From an uncultured Candidatus Saccharibacteria bacterium (GTDB lineage Bacteria; Patescibacteriota; Minisyncoccia; Phycocordibacterales; UBA918): DNA of 64,000 bases. A model generated the notes under the pieces. That model saw only the letters and a program-made list of their open reading frames with translations, searched no databases and was not told the origin of the DNA. Of the stretch, positions 54,603 through 64,000 are shown piece by piece. How positions within the stretch are numbered: the first letter of the stretch is position 1; each line of letters opens with the position of its first letter. The stretch lies in assembly GCA_964402035.1 (NCBI GenBank), contig CAYOAM010000002.1, positions 27,280 through 91,279 on the forward strand. The letters are read 5' to 3'. Both the position numbers and the translations under genes were made by a program.

Positions 54603-55259
54603 CTATAGAGCCTCTTTTTCTATGAGTTCTGCTTCGACCACGAAGCGATCATCTTTGCTACCAAAGGAGTTGCAGGTCACCAAAATGAGCATATTTTCCT
54701 TATGCGAAAGTGCGACTGATGCTGCACTTGCCTGCGCTTTGTACACTTTCTTCACACGATAGATATACGCAGTGTCTCCCGACTCCACACGCACCATATC
54801 GCCCCAGATGAGTTTCTGAATACCGTTAAAGGCTTGATAGTTGCGGTTGTGCACCGTTGGTAAGTAGCTCGAATGACCAAAAAGCACCATCGTACCTGTC
54901 TCGCTAAAGTCCGCAGAGTCGGGATGGCGCACCACACCCTTGAGAAGCGCCTCATCGAGCACTGCTATTTCCCTGCTCTCCGGATTTAATACCAAAATAT
55001 CGGTACCAAGTGATTCTATTTTTAGACGCACTGGATGTGGATCGACTTTGGCTATAGTTGCGGGAGCTACTTCGGGAGTAGAACTTGCTGAGACCACTTC
55101 AGTAACCACTGTGAGGTCACCTTCTGGAGCTTCAGGAATAAAATCAATGGCAAAAAGAATGCCGTACGAAATGGAAAATACAACAAAAAAGATCCCCAAA
55201 AAGGCTCCTTTTCGTTTCCACACCTCGTCAAATGCCTTTAGAATGATTGATTCCTCCAT
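54603..55259 (-). CDS. Sortase-family transpeptidase
   Basis: N-terminal TM; catalytic His block GTMVLFGHSS; active-site MLILVTCNSF (TLxTC-type Cys). Confidence 0.7.
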   Translation of the reverse strand: MEESIILKAFDEVWKRKGAFLGIFFVVFSISYGILFAIDFIPEAPEGDLTVVTEVVSASSTPEVAPATIAKVDPHPVRLKIESLGTDILVLNPESREIAVLDEALLKGVVRHPDSADFSETGTMVLFGHSSYLPTVHNRNYQAFNGIQKLIWGDMVRVESGDTAYIYRVKKVYKAQASAASVALSHKENMLILVTCNSFGSKDDRFVVEAELIEKEAL

Positions 55260-55360
55260 AGCGGCTTAAAATATAGCATAAATACGATACATCATATTAG
55301 CTTGTTTGTCAAATGATGGTGCTTGACAAGGGATTTCATGTATGGTAGCATTTTCCTACT

Positions 55361-56401
55361 ATGGAACAGAAATCAACAAATGTCAGCGAGGAGTCAAAGA
55401 CTAGTGCAATTAAGTTTTTAGCAATTATTGGTTTTATCACCGCGATTATTTTTGTCGTATGGGCCTCCGTTCAAGTCATTCGTTTCATTCCTTCGGCGTT
55501 TAGTTCTCTCGCCTCTATGGCCGAGATTGTCTACAACAAAAAGGATGCAGGACTTGTCATCTCGATGGATAAAAACATCGTCAACTCTGGCGAACCGTTT
55601 GTGGTCAATTGGACCAAGATGCGCAAAGACGGTACCTACACGTTCTTGTATAGCTGTACTGATGGTGTCGCCGCAGAAGCGCGCAACGCAGACGGCGATA
55701 TCACGTCGGTTGTCTGCGACGAGGTACTTACTCTTCCCTTCAACACCCAATCGCTCGACCTAATGTTTACGTCAGAAAAAAAGCGTTTCGTTGATGTACC
55801 ATTTACCCTGCGCTACACACCTGACGGCGCTACCGCACCGACCGTGGAAACTCATGAGCTTGTGACCGTGGTCAATGCAACCATAGCTCAAGTAGAGAAT
55901 GTCGACGAAACTCCGGTGCTTGAAAATCCGACTAAAGCTGAAACACCAACGACTCCAGCAACGCCTGTGGTAACAAAACCAAAACCTCCAACACCGGTTG
56001 CGGTTACGACCTACCCTGTATCAAATCCAAATGGCTATGTTGATCTTGCTGCGACCTACCTTGGCATCGGTACCTTCAACGAAGCAACAAAAATCTTTTC
56101 TCCAAAGAGTGAACTTGATACAAGTAAGCGTAACGCGGTGAAGTTTGAGGTCAAAAATATCGGCACCAAGACGTCTGAGACGTGGACCTACAGCGTCACC
56201 CTTCCCGGGAAAGATGGTGATACCTACACATCTCCATCACAAGTAGCGCTCAAACCTCAGGAGCGTGCCGTGATCACGCTCGCCTTTAGCGACATTGTGA
56301 AAGATGAAAATACTGATACGATCAAAGTTGAAGTTAAAACAAAATCTGACCGCAATGATAAGAACAATGACTTCAGCAAGAGCATAAAGGTGGTTGAATA
56401 A
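55361..56401 (+). CDS. Membrane-anchored extracellular hypothetical protein
   Basis: N-terminal TM FLAIIGFITAIIFVVWASV; T/P-rich linker; no LPXTG-like C-terminus. Confidence 0.45.
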   Translation: MEQKSTNVSEESKTSAIKFLAIIGFITAIIFVVWASVQVIRFIPSAFSSLASMAEIVYNKKDAGLVISMDKNIVNSGEPFVVNWTKMRKDGTYTFLYSCTDGVAAEARNADGDITSVVCDEVLTLPFNTQSLDLMFTSEKKRFVDVPFTLRYTPDGATAPTVETHELVTVVNATIAQVENVDETPVLENPTKAETPTTPATPVVTKPKPPTPVAVTTYPVSNPNGYVDLAATYLGIGTFNEATKIFSPKSELDTSKRNAVKFEVKNIGTKTSETWTYSVTLPGKDGDTYTSPSQVALKPQERAVITLAFSDIVKDENTDTIKVEVKTKSDRNDKNNDFSKSIKVVE

Positions 56402-56428
56402 CAGATCTTAAGAATCACATTACAGAGC

Positions 56429-56466
56429 AATAGGCCGGCGCCCAAAGCGCCGGCCTATTGTGTTTT
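56429..56466. terminator. Bidirectional terminator
   Basis: AATAGGCCGGCGC-CCAAA-GCGCCGGCCTATT followed by GTGTTTT. Confidence 0.6.
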
Positions 56467-56479
56467 ATATTCAGTTTCA

Positions 56480-56935
56480 TCATTGCGATTTTGGTGATGC
56501 ACGTTGAATAGAGATTTCCTTTGTTATGCAATCAATCTGTACCGATTCCCCTCTTTTCAGTGTGATTGGTTCTATTTGTAGGCCCAACGCTCGTTTACAA
56601 AAATAGGGGACAAAATTAGCAATCCACTCCCCTTTTGTAAAAACAATGACATTGTCGTCTATCTTATTAAGAAATTCATATGCAGACTGGTAGTAGACTG
56701 ACTCATCTGCGTTTGAGTTCGATCCAAAGTGTTCAAAGGCTTCACTTTGTTTCCCTATACCCGCAGCGATAATATGGGCACTCTCTTTTGCGCGGGGACC
56801 AACCGATGAATACACCAGTGGGTCTTGATGTCTAATCGAGACAAGAACGCTGTTCATCTGCGCAATGCCCACAGCGTTCAATTTTGCCTCTCCTGCTGTA
56901 AATTCTCCGTGCCGAACAATGGTTAGATGCTTCAT
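56480..56935 (-). CDS. Histidine phosphatase superfamily protein (SixA/PGM-like)
   Basis: LTIVRHGE (RHG catalytic motif). Confidence 0.6.
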   Translation of the reverse strand: MKHLTIVRHGEFTAGEAKLNAVGIAQMNSVLVSIRHQDPLVYSSVGPRAKESAHIIAAGIGKQSEAFEHFGSNSNADESVYYQSAYEFLNKIDDNVIVFTKGEWIANFVPYFCKRALGLQIEPITLKRGESVQIDCITKEISIQRASPKSQ

Positions 56936-56990
56936 AAATTCGCAGTGGATGTTAAAATGACCAGTTTCATTCTGTCACACATATACTATT

Positions 56991-57722
56991 TCAAATCTTG
57001 CACTCAAGAACCAACGCCTTATGATCAGAGGCAATATCGTCTAATACTTTAAAGTCAGTCACTTCTATGTCAGGGCTTGTAAAGATATAGTCACAGACTT
57101 CGATTTTGTGTGTCAACGGCGTTCTCGTCGTCGCTACCCCTCTTTCTTTAGCATGATTGGTAAGTTTTTTGTTTATCTGCATGAGTGATGCGCTTTCTGG
57201 AGCAAGATTAAAATCTCCACACAGTATTATCGGTCCTTCCAATTTTTCTATATACTCAACAATCATCGCACACTGCCGCATTGTTTCATCATCACCGTTT
57301 TTATGACTTTTTATGTGATGCCCATGATGATTTAGTATGTGAAGATTTTTTCCGTTACTCTCGATGGTTACATGCTGTAAATTACGAATATTAAAATCCC
57401 CATCAAGCATATCTTGCGTTTCAATATATTGCTTCCGAGTGAATACGGCATCCGTTTCCAAAAAAGGAAATCGACTTAATATCGCATTGCCAAATTCTGC
57501 CTTTTGATTCATGTAGGTAAATCCAAACACGGGCGAGTAGAACGAATGTTCAAATCCTCCCTTTTCTTGAAATTTCCTCAGAGTACTGAAAAATAGATCC
57601 CCTATAGCAGGAAATACCACCGCTTCTTGAAAACAAACAACATCTGGTTTTTCTCTTTCAAGAATCTCTAGAATATTTTTTCCTAATTTTCCTCCCCAGA
57701 TATTGAGTTGCAATATTTTCAT
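56991..57722 (-). CDS. Endonuclease/exonuclease/phosphatase (EEP) family protein
   Basis: LNIWGG, DVVCFQE, GNAILSRFP, CGDFN, SDHKAL. Confidence 0.65.
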   Translation of the reverse strand: MKILQLNIWGGKLGKNILEILEREKPDVVCFQEAVVFPAIGDLFFSTLRKFQEKGGFEHSFYSPVFGFTYMNQKAEFGNAILSRFPFLETDAVFTRKQYIETQDMLDGDFNIRNLQHVTIESNGKNLHILNHHGHHIKSHKNGDDETMRQCAMIVEYIEKLEGPIILCGDFNLAPESASLMQINKKLTNHAKERGVATTRTPLTHKIEVCDYIFTSPDIEVTDFKVLDDIASDHKALVLECKI

Positions 57723-57744
57723 ATCAAAAGAGGTTCAAGGGACC

Positions 57745-59814
57745 TTAAATATCCAAATTCGCCAGACGAGCGTTTGATTGGATAAAGGATTTGCGGCTCG
57801 CTACATCGGTCCCCATCAAGATATCAAATACCTTATCAGCTTCAAGCACATCCTCTACACTCACACGCTTTAGAATACGATTGCGTGGATTCATCGTAGT
57901 TTCCCAGAGTTCTTCGGCATTCATTTCTCCAAGACCCTTGTAGCGCTGAATGCGAACTTTTGATGATTTTGAAGCTACCTCCTCAGTTTCCTCTTCTTCT
58001 CCGCCGACTGGCAGATCCTCATCCCCTTCGCCAATCTCAACAACGGCCGGAGCATCTACCCCAACAATTTTATTTTTTTCTTCATCGGTATACGCATACT
58101 GCACATCTTTACCTTTTTGGATTTTGTAGAGTGGTGGCTGTGCGATATAGAGAAACCCGCCGTCGATAATTGGTCTAAAGTACCGGTAGAAAAGCGTAAG
58201 TAAAAGAGTACGAATGTGTGCACCATCAACGTCGGCGTCGGTAGCGATGATGACTTTGTGGTAACGTAGTTTCGCTAAATCAAACACATCGCCGATTGCG
58301 GTTCCGAGCGCAATGACGAGATTCTTCACCTGTTCTGATTCGAGCATACGATCAAGGCGGGCACGTTCTACGTTGAGGATTTTTCCTCGGAGTGGCAGGA
58401 TCGCTTGTGTTCTTCGATCACGTCCCATCTTTGCTGATCCTCCGGCAGAATCTCCCTCCACAATAAACAGCTCCGACTCCTCGGCACTCTTGGTCTGACA
58501 GTCAGCAAGTTTTCCAGGAAGCGCCATACCTTCGAGCGCACCCTTGCGCAATACCGAATCCTTCGCGGCTTTCGCAGCCTTGCGCGACTTGAGCGCCAAG
58601 ATCACTTTGTTAATAATTGCACGTGCATCATCAGGATGCTCCTCAAGGAACATATTGAAACTTTCAGAAAACACCGACTCAACAGCACCACGCGCCTCAA
58701 CGGAACCCAACTTCGCTTTCGTCTGTCCTTCAAACTGAATCTCCGGCATTTTGACCGATACTACGGCGGTGAGTCCTTCGAGTACATCTTCACCGGTAAA
58801 GTTTTCTTCACCCTCTTTTACTAATTTATTTTTACGCGCATATGCATTGATAGAACGCGTGAGTGAAGTTTTGAAACCCGTAATATGCGTACCTCCTTCA
58901 GGTGTATGAATATTATTTGCAAATGCCGTAATGCGCGCACTAATGTCATCAACATACTGGAGCGCAATCTCGACCGACATTACCGCGGAGTCAATATCAT
59001 TTTTTTCCGTATAAAAAATGTTCTTATGCACGGATTCTTGGTACTGGTTGTAAAAAGCAACCAATGAACGAAGACCACCTTCAAAATAGAAATTCTGCAT
59101 CGGTGCTTCGATGTCTGTATCACCCATATAGCACACACCATCGAGATCTGGAAGCTTTGCGACCTGACGTGCATCAATCACCGTTATGCGAAGCTTCTTT
59201 ACCAAATACGCTTGCTGACGCACATGACTGACAATCCTATTCCAATCAAATGATATTTCTTTGAAAATCGTTATATCGGGTTCAAACGTGATGATCGTTC
59301 CCTGCTCACGCGACGCCCCCACACGCTTCACCCGCGCTTTTGGTTTGCCAATGACATATTCCTGCACAAAGTACCCATCATCACGATGCACTTCTGCTTT
59401 GGTATAAATAGAAAGTGCGTTCACCACAGAGACTCCCACACCATGGAGTCCTCCCGAGACTTTGTAGCCTTCCCCACCAAATTTTCCTCCGGCATGGAGC
59501 GTCGTCATGATCGTCTCAAGTGCAGATACTTTGGTCTGCTTGTGAGTATCGACAGGGATACCGCGTCCGTTGTCCGTGACACGAATTCGATTGCCGGGAA
59601 GAAGTGCAACTTCAATGCGATTGGCAAAACCTCCCATGGCTTCGTCGCGTGAGTTGTCGAACACTTCCCAGATCAAATGATGGAGACCTTCTGTGCCCGT
59701 TGTACCGATGTACATACCCGGACGCTTTCGCACAGGATCAAGTCCCTCAAGAACACTGATCGATGAAGCATCGTATGTTCCCTTTTTTGCAGTTTTTTCT
59801 TCTTTTTTAGCCAT
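57745..59814 (-). CDS. gyrB: Type IIA topoisomerase B subunit (DNA gyrase B or ParE)
   Basis: GLHHLIWEVFDNSRDEAMGG (GHKL ATPase), TOPRIM EGDSAGGSAK; start at MAKKEEKTAKK. Confidence 0.8.
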   Translation of the reverse strand: MAKKEEKTAKKGTYDASSISVLEGLDPVRKRPGMYIGTTGTEGLHHLIWEVFDNSRDEAMGGFANRIEVALLPGNRIRVTDNGRGIPVDTHKQTKVSALETIMTTLHAGGKFGGEGYKVSGGLHGVGVSVVNALSIYTKAEVHRDDGYFVQEYVIGKPKARVKRVGASREQGTIITFEPDITIFKEISFDWNRIVSHVRQQAYLVKKLRITVIDARQVAKLPDLDGVCYMGDTDIEAPMQNFYFEGGLRSLVAFYNQYQESVHKNIFYTEKNDIDSAVMSVEIALQYVDDISARITAFANNIHTPEGGTHITGFKTSLTRSINAYARKNKLVKEGEENFTGEDVLEGLTAVVSVKMPEIQFEGQTKAKLGSVEARGAVESVFSESFNMFLEEHPDDARAIINKVILALKSRKAAKAAKDSVLRKGALEGMALPGKLADCQTKSAEESELFIVEGDSAGGSAKMGRDRRTQAILPLRGKILNVERARLDRMLESEQVKNLVIALGTAIGDVFDLAKLRYHKVIIATDADVDGAHIRTLLLTLFYRYFRPIIDGGFLYIAQPPLYKIQKGKDVQYAYTDEEKNKIVGVDAPAVVEIGEGDEDLPVGGEEEETEEVASKSSKVRIQRYKGLGEMNAEELWETTMNPRNRILKRVSVEDVLEADKVFDILMGTDVASRKSFIQSNARLANLDI

Positions 59815-59901
59815 AAAAATACCATCCGTGTTTAAAACACTATTGCCACAGTATAGCAAAAACAAGATGATTTGACGACTGTTTTTAGATCTATCTGTGA
59901 G

Positions 59902-61824
59902 CTATCGGACAGTACCTCCCTTCGCTACAAGTGCCTCGGCAATAGTACTCATTACACCGTTTATTTCGGTATCCGTCAAAGTGCGTTCGTACGAAATAAA
60001 GACAAGGCGAAATGCGTAGGAAGTCTTCCCATCTTTTGAAAAGGTATCAAAGAGTGAGAGACGCGTGAGGAGTGGACCGGCATTAGTTGTGAGGATCGAT
60101 GCTGCAGCTTCTACTGTCATCCCCTCCGGTGCCCAAAAGGCAATGTCGCGCGACATATGGGGGTATGGTGAAAATGGCACATAGGCTACATCAGCCTTCT
60201 TTTCAAATGGAGCATATGCGGTTGGTTTTGGAAGTGTTGCAATTACTGATGTAAGAGCCGCCTCCGTAACACCTTTCTCTTGATTCCACGACAGCGATGT
60301 GCCGAATATTTTTTCTACAGCAGCTTTCCCTGCTGATAAAAGGGGATCGTCCGTTTTTGGACGATATTCACTTCCGCTCTGGGCACCGAGCGCAAGAGAA
60401 AGATGTTCGCCGTCTTTCGTAAAGACTGTACCAATTTCAAAAATCTGGATTGCGCGTACACCGACAAGGTCCGCGAGTGGTACGTTTTTTGCCAATGCTT
60501 CCCCGATGTTTGGTGTGAGTGAACTGCGCAGATATCCTTTATCTGACGCAAGCGCATTTTTGATTTTAACACTATCCTTTTCTCGGAATGAACTCGTAAA
60601 GACTTCCGAAAAACCTATCTCCGTAAGCGACGTACGCACCGCATCACTATAGAAAAACGTTGTATTCATCTCTGAGACAGGGATAGCAGACGGCACAACC
60701 GACACCACATGGTCATATCCATGCATACGTCCCACTTCTTCGATAAGATCTTCAGCGATCACCAAATCGGGGCGCTCAAACGGAGGGGCAACCAAGACTG
60801 TGTCACCTTCCCAACTATGCACATACCCAAAACGAGTAAAAATATCTGAGACCATCGCGACCGAAAGTGAAAGGCCTAATACGCTATTGATTTTTGATAG
60901 AGATACCGAAACTGGATTTTGGGTAGGAAGATTCTCTCCGGTATCAACAAAACCCACGAGTGTCCCACCACCATCCGCCAGCTGGCGGATCGGACTTTCG
61001 ACACCTTCTGTAATAAACTTTACGGCATCACGGATAGCGTACGCGGTCATGTCGGACACAATGCAATTTTCAAAACGTTGTGATGCATCGGTACGCAATT
61101 TCAAACGCTGTGAGGTTTTGCGGATAGCAATCGGATCAAAGTGTGCGGATTCGATAATAATCTCAGTAGTACTCTGGTCAACTTCCGCTACCTTCCCACC
61201 TTTCACTCCCGCAATACCGATAGCTACGTTATTGCCGCCATCAACAATAACAGTATCCGTTGCTGTAAGAGTGTATGTCTCTCCCGTGAGCGAGGTGATC
61301 TTCTCTCCCTCAACTGCTTGCCGCACACCGATCTTCAATGTCGAAAGTTTTCGGGCGTCAAAAGCATGGAGTGGCTGACCAATGCCGAGCATCACATAGT
61401 TGGTGATATCGACGATGTTGTTGATCGAGCGTTGACCAAGTGCAACCAACCGCTTTTGAAGCCACTCTGGCGATGGAGCAATCTTGATCCCCGTGAGGTG
61501 TGCTGCGATATACCGTGTACATACAGGGGTTGCGATTTCAATTGAAAGATTTTTTGAGAGTGGTTCAAGGATCGGAAGATGTCGCAGTGGATCGCGTTCT
61601 AACGGAACATTCAAAATAACCGAAAGATCTTTTGCGATACCGCGATGCGAGAGTGCCCATGCACTTTTGTCAGGCAATACTTTAATATCAAAAACGGTGT
61701 CGTTATCCTTTTCAACAACCTCCTCTACTTCCCATGCATGGAAGGTAAAAGCTTCTTCCACCTTTGCAGGAGATGGGAGTGTGCCGTTAAAAAATTCGTT
61801 GAGGCTATTATAAGAAATTTTCAT
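59902..61824 (-). CDS. pheT: Phenylalanyl-tRNA synthetase beta subunit, short form without the N-terminal tRNA-binding domain
   Basis: MKISYNSLNEFF start; B3/4, B5 and C-terminal core domains over 640 aa. Confidence 0.75.
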   Translation of the reverse strand: MKISYNSLNEFFNGTLPSPAKVEEAFTFHAWEVEEVVEKDNDTVFDIKVLPDKSAWALSHRGIAKDLSVILNVPLERDPLRHLPILEPLSKNLSIEIATPVCTRYIAAHLTGIKIAPSPEWLQKRLVALGQRSINNIVDITNYVMLGIGQPLHAFDARKLSTLKIGVRQAVEGEKITSLTGETYTLTATDTVIVDGGNNVAIGIAGVKGGKVAEVDQSTTEIIIESAHFDPIAIRKTSQRLKLRTDASQRFENCIVSDMTAYAIRDAVKFITEGVESPIRQLADGGGTLVGFVDTGENLPTQNPVSVSLSKINSVLGLSLSVAMVSDIFTRFGYVHSWEGDTVLVAPPFERPDLVIAEDLIEEVGRMHGYDHVVSVVPSAIPVSEMNTTFFYSDAVRTSLTEIGFSEVFTSSFREKDSVKIKNALASDKGYLRSSLTPNIGEALAKNVPLADLVGVRAIQIFEIGTVFTKDGEHLSLALGAQSGSEYRPKTDDPLLSAGKAAVEKIFGTSLSWNQEKGVTEAALTSVIATLPKPTAYAPFEKKADVAYVPFSPYPHMSRDIAFWAPEGMTVEAAASILTTNAGPLLTRLSLFDTFSKDGKTSYAFRLVFISYERTLTDTEINGVMSTIAEALVAKGGTVR

Positions 61825-61838
61825 AGATTCTATTCAAA

Positions 61839-62567
61839 TCAAAATTGAGATACAACCCTTAAATCACCATTATAGAAAAGTCGTACATCATCGACGCCGT
61901 ATTTCATCACGGCCAAACGATCAATGCCCATCCCAAATGCAAAACCTTGGTACACCGCAGGGTCGATACCTGCATCACGAATGACATTGGGGTGCACCAT
62001 CCCTGCCCCCATGATCTCTATCCAACGATCTTTGAGTTTTGCCGGTGCACCTTCGCCCGTAAGTCTCATATCAACTTCAAGCCCGGGCTCCACAAAGGGG
62101 AAGAAACTTGGTCGAAGCCTCACTTCTACATTGCCACCAAAAAATCGTTTGAAGAAATACTCAAGCGTACCTTTGAGATGCCCGAGCGATACATCACGAT
62201 CAATCATAAGTCCCTCAAGTTGGTAAAACTGCGCCTCATGCGTCATATCGGTCGCTTCATTGCGAAATACTTTCCCCGGGACAATGACGCGGATTGGTTG
62301 ACCTTCACGTGGCGGATGTGTTTCCATGTAGCGTACTTGCACGGGACTTGTGTGCGTACGCAAGACCATGTCGTCCTTGTTTTCAATATAAAACGTATCC
62401 TGCATGTCGCGTGATGGGTGATCTTTGGGGACATTGAGTTTGTCAAAATTGTATGAGATGAGTTCCATCTCCGGCCCCTCAGCAAACACAAAACCAAGCT
62501 CACTAAAAATCGCGTTGATCTCGCGAATCATGAGTGAAATAGGATGCGTATGTCCTTTGTTTTCCAT
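61839..62567 (-). CDS. pheS: Phenylalanyl-tRNA synthetase alpha subunit, short form
   Basis: FRNEATDMTHEAQFYQLEG, FPFVEPGLEVD and GMGIDRLAM are class II motifs 2 and 3. Confidence 0.85.
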   Translation of the reverse strand: MENKGHTHPISLMIREINAIFSELGFVFAEGPEMELISYNFDKLNVPKDHPSRDMQDTFYIENKDDMVLRTHTSPVQVRYMETHPPREGQPIRVIVPGKVFRNEATDMTHEAQFYQLEGLMIDRDVSLGHLKGTLEYFFKRFFGGNVEVRLRPSFFPFVEPGLEVDMRLTGEGAPAKLKDRWIEIMGAGMVHPNVIRDAGIDPAVYQGFAFGMGIDRLAVMKYGVDDVRLFYNGDLRVVSQF

Positions 62568-62576
62568 AGACTAATA

Positions 62577-63743
62577 CTACTCGAACATCACCTCATAAAA
62601 AAGTGTACCATCGTACACGACAACGTGCCCGTTATACACGCGAGCTTCGAGCCCTTCGCCCTCTATAATAGGCTGCGCATTTTGCCACGAGCGATCATCA
62701 ATCTCGACGACATACACACCACTATCAAGAACCACCATCACAAGATCACTGCTACCCGGGAAAAAATCAAAATATTTTACGCTCTGTCCTTTTCGATCAA
62801 TCAATATTTCTGGTGTACATTCCTCATCAGCGGGCACTGTCTGAACTGGCGGATTGAGGAGGGCATCCATTTTTTCCTTTTCAATTTTGTTTTGAATGAT
62901 CGGTATCGCAGCCTGCTTGTCGCCATCGAGCATACTCACATCTCTTGCTGGTAGTGCCTCAAACTCTTTTGCACAGTAGTAATATGGCATTCCTTCTCGG
63001 GTACCAATCCATGTAGCCATAACATCGTCACCACGTTCGCTTAATCGAACACTGTTGTATTCCTTTGCTGTCGTTGCAACTGACGACGAGGATGTGAGTG
63101 AACCTGCCGTACCCAATGTCGTTTCAATACGCTCTACGACGCCGCGTGTTTTTGGAATGATGACCTCTTCGATACCGAATACTTTTCTAAGATCGGTATA
63201 TTCTTGATTGGCAACAAGTGTCGACGTAGCTTTGGTTGTTGTCGCTGTCAACGCTTCTGTTGACGACGCATACCGGAGGAGCGGAATATCAATCATTTTT
63301 GCAAAAACTACGGGCGATCCTGTCGCCGTCTCATACTGCGCCATCGGTCGCACGTTTGGTACCAACGGCAGGTTAAATGACTGCACCTCCGTAACCAAGT
63401 ATGAGTACACCGGTAGCTCCTTTACCCATGTATGGAAACCTTCCTTCTGTACATGCACACGATGCGTCCCCGGATTAATATTCTGCGCATAAAATGCTTT
63501 TCTAAATACTCGCGTCTCTCGCACCAGTGCATCATCAATATAAATCTCAACGCCCGTCTCATCGGCTGCAATAAAAAGACCTCCGGTTGAGACAAAGTTC
63601 ATGTTTTCGCTCCATGCAAAGCGATATCCTGTTGCGTATAAATACAACAATGGAATCGCTACAACAAACAAAAACAGGAGCAACCAAAAAAAATTGCGGC
63701 GTTTCTCTTTGGCAAATGGTTTTATGTCGGGTTCTCCATTCAT
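62577..63743 (-). CDS. Hypothetical membrane-anchored extracytoplasmic protein (PEGA-like)
   Basis: N-terminal TM FFWLLLFLFVVAIPLLYLY; THRVHVQKEGFHTW resembles the PEGA motif. Confidence 0.4.
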   Translation of the reverse strand: MNGEPDIKPFAKEKRRNFFWLLLFLFVVAIPLLYLYATGYRFAWSENMNFVSTGGLFIAADETGVEIYIDDALVRETRVFRKAFYAQNINPGTHRVHVQKEGFHTWVKELPVYSYLVTEVQSFNLPLVPNVRPMAQYETATGSPVVFAKMIDIPLLRYASSTEALTATTTKATSTLVANQEYTDLRKVFGIEEVIIPKTRGVVERIETTLGTAGSLTSSSSVATTAKEYNSVRLSERGDDVMATWIGTREGMPYYYCAKEFEALPARDVSMLDGDKQAAIPIIQNKIEKEKMDALLNPPVQTVPADEECTPEILIDRKGQSVKYFDFFPGSSDLVMVVLDSGVYVVEIDDRSWQNAQPIIEGEGLEARVYNGHVVVYDGTLFYEVMFE

Positions 63744-64000
63744 ATTGATACACCTCCTTTTACACTACGATGTTTTGGTGTCACCCAGAACCCCATATAC
63801 TTGCCGAGCATCAGACGTGTTTGAGCATCAAGTCCCGGGAGGGCACTAAACACGATCATCGTCACAGGTATAAGAAGCCATTGTAGCGCCATCATAACGT
63901 AGTGTAAACGACTCTTCTTTTCAGGGCGTTTTGGAATAAGCGTAAGTGAGATGAGTGACGAGATCACCAAACCAAACATCGCAAAGATGAGAAGATTGCG
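63740..64000 (-). CDS. C-terminal part of a polytopic membrane protein (continues beyond window end)
   Basis: Frame remains open to nt 64000; hydrophobic segments LISLTLIPKRP and WLLIPVTMIVFSALPG. Confidence 0.4.
   Translation of the reverse strand, partial: RNLLIFAMFGLVISSLISLTLIPKRPEKKSRLHYVMMALQWLLIPVTMIVFSALPGLDAQTRLMLGKYMGFWVTPKHRSVKGGVSI

Overview
The window is a gene-dense 64 kb stretch of a small, housekeeping-dominated bacterial chromosome at roughly 47% GC. It carries several syntenic blocks: rpsU-less dnaG-rpoD plus rpoB-rpoC, rpsP-KH-trmD, pheS-pheT-gyrB, and smc / rnc / nusB / rpmF / rnhB / dnaE / thrS. Other housekeeping genes present are hisS, prmC, truB, uppP, class I fba, rnr, a UvrD-type helicase-nuclease and an ABC-2 exporter. 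Several proteins are domain-minimal: ThrRS lacks the TGS domain, PheT and PheS are short, SMC is 764 aa, and DnaG has lost most zinc ligands. There are also very large Ig-like or BNR-like surface proteins, a sortase, and a CAP-domain secreted protein. Native genes mostly lack Shine-Dalgarno sequences and have -10-like hexamers 5-10 nt from the start codon. Together this fits a reduced-genome, possibly episymbiotic (CPR/Patescibacteria-like) organism, but that is an inference; no rRNA or tRNA is present to anchor taxonomy. No CRISPR array, tRNA, rRNA, transposase or integrase was found. The non-obvious content is a set of RNA-like structured elements and compositional islands. (1) A conserved ~68-nt core occurs in two copies, each wrapped in different but complementary (covarying) outer stems, and each sitting between convergent genes. 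(2) A 184-bp MITE-like element with 25-bp terminal inverted repeats and two perfect internal hairpins lies between rnhB and dnaE. (3) A 43-nt palindrome is inserted in-frame into prmC. (4) Two high-GC islands (10.3-10.9 kb and 52.7-54.5 kb) carry Shine-Dalgarno sequences that native genes mostly lack. (5) A NusB-Nudix fusion sits next to rnc and a second Nudix gene. (6) A threonine T-box leader precedes thrS. (7) Families of short intergenic hairpins and repeats are present.
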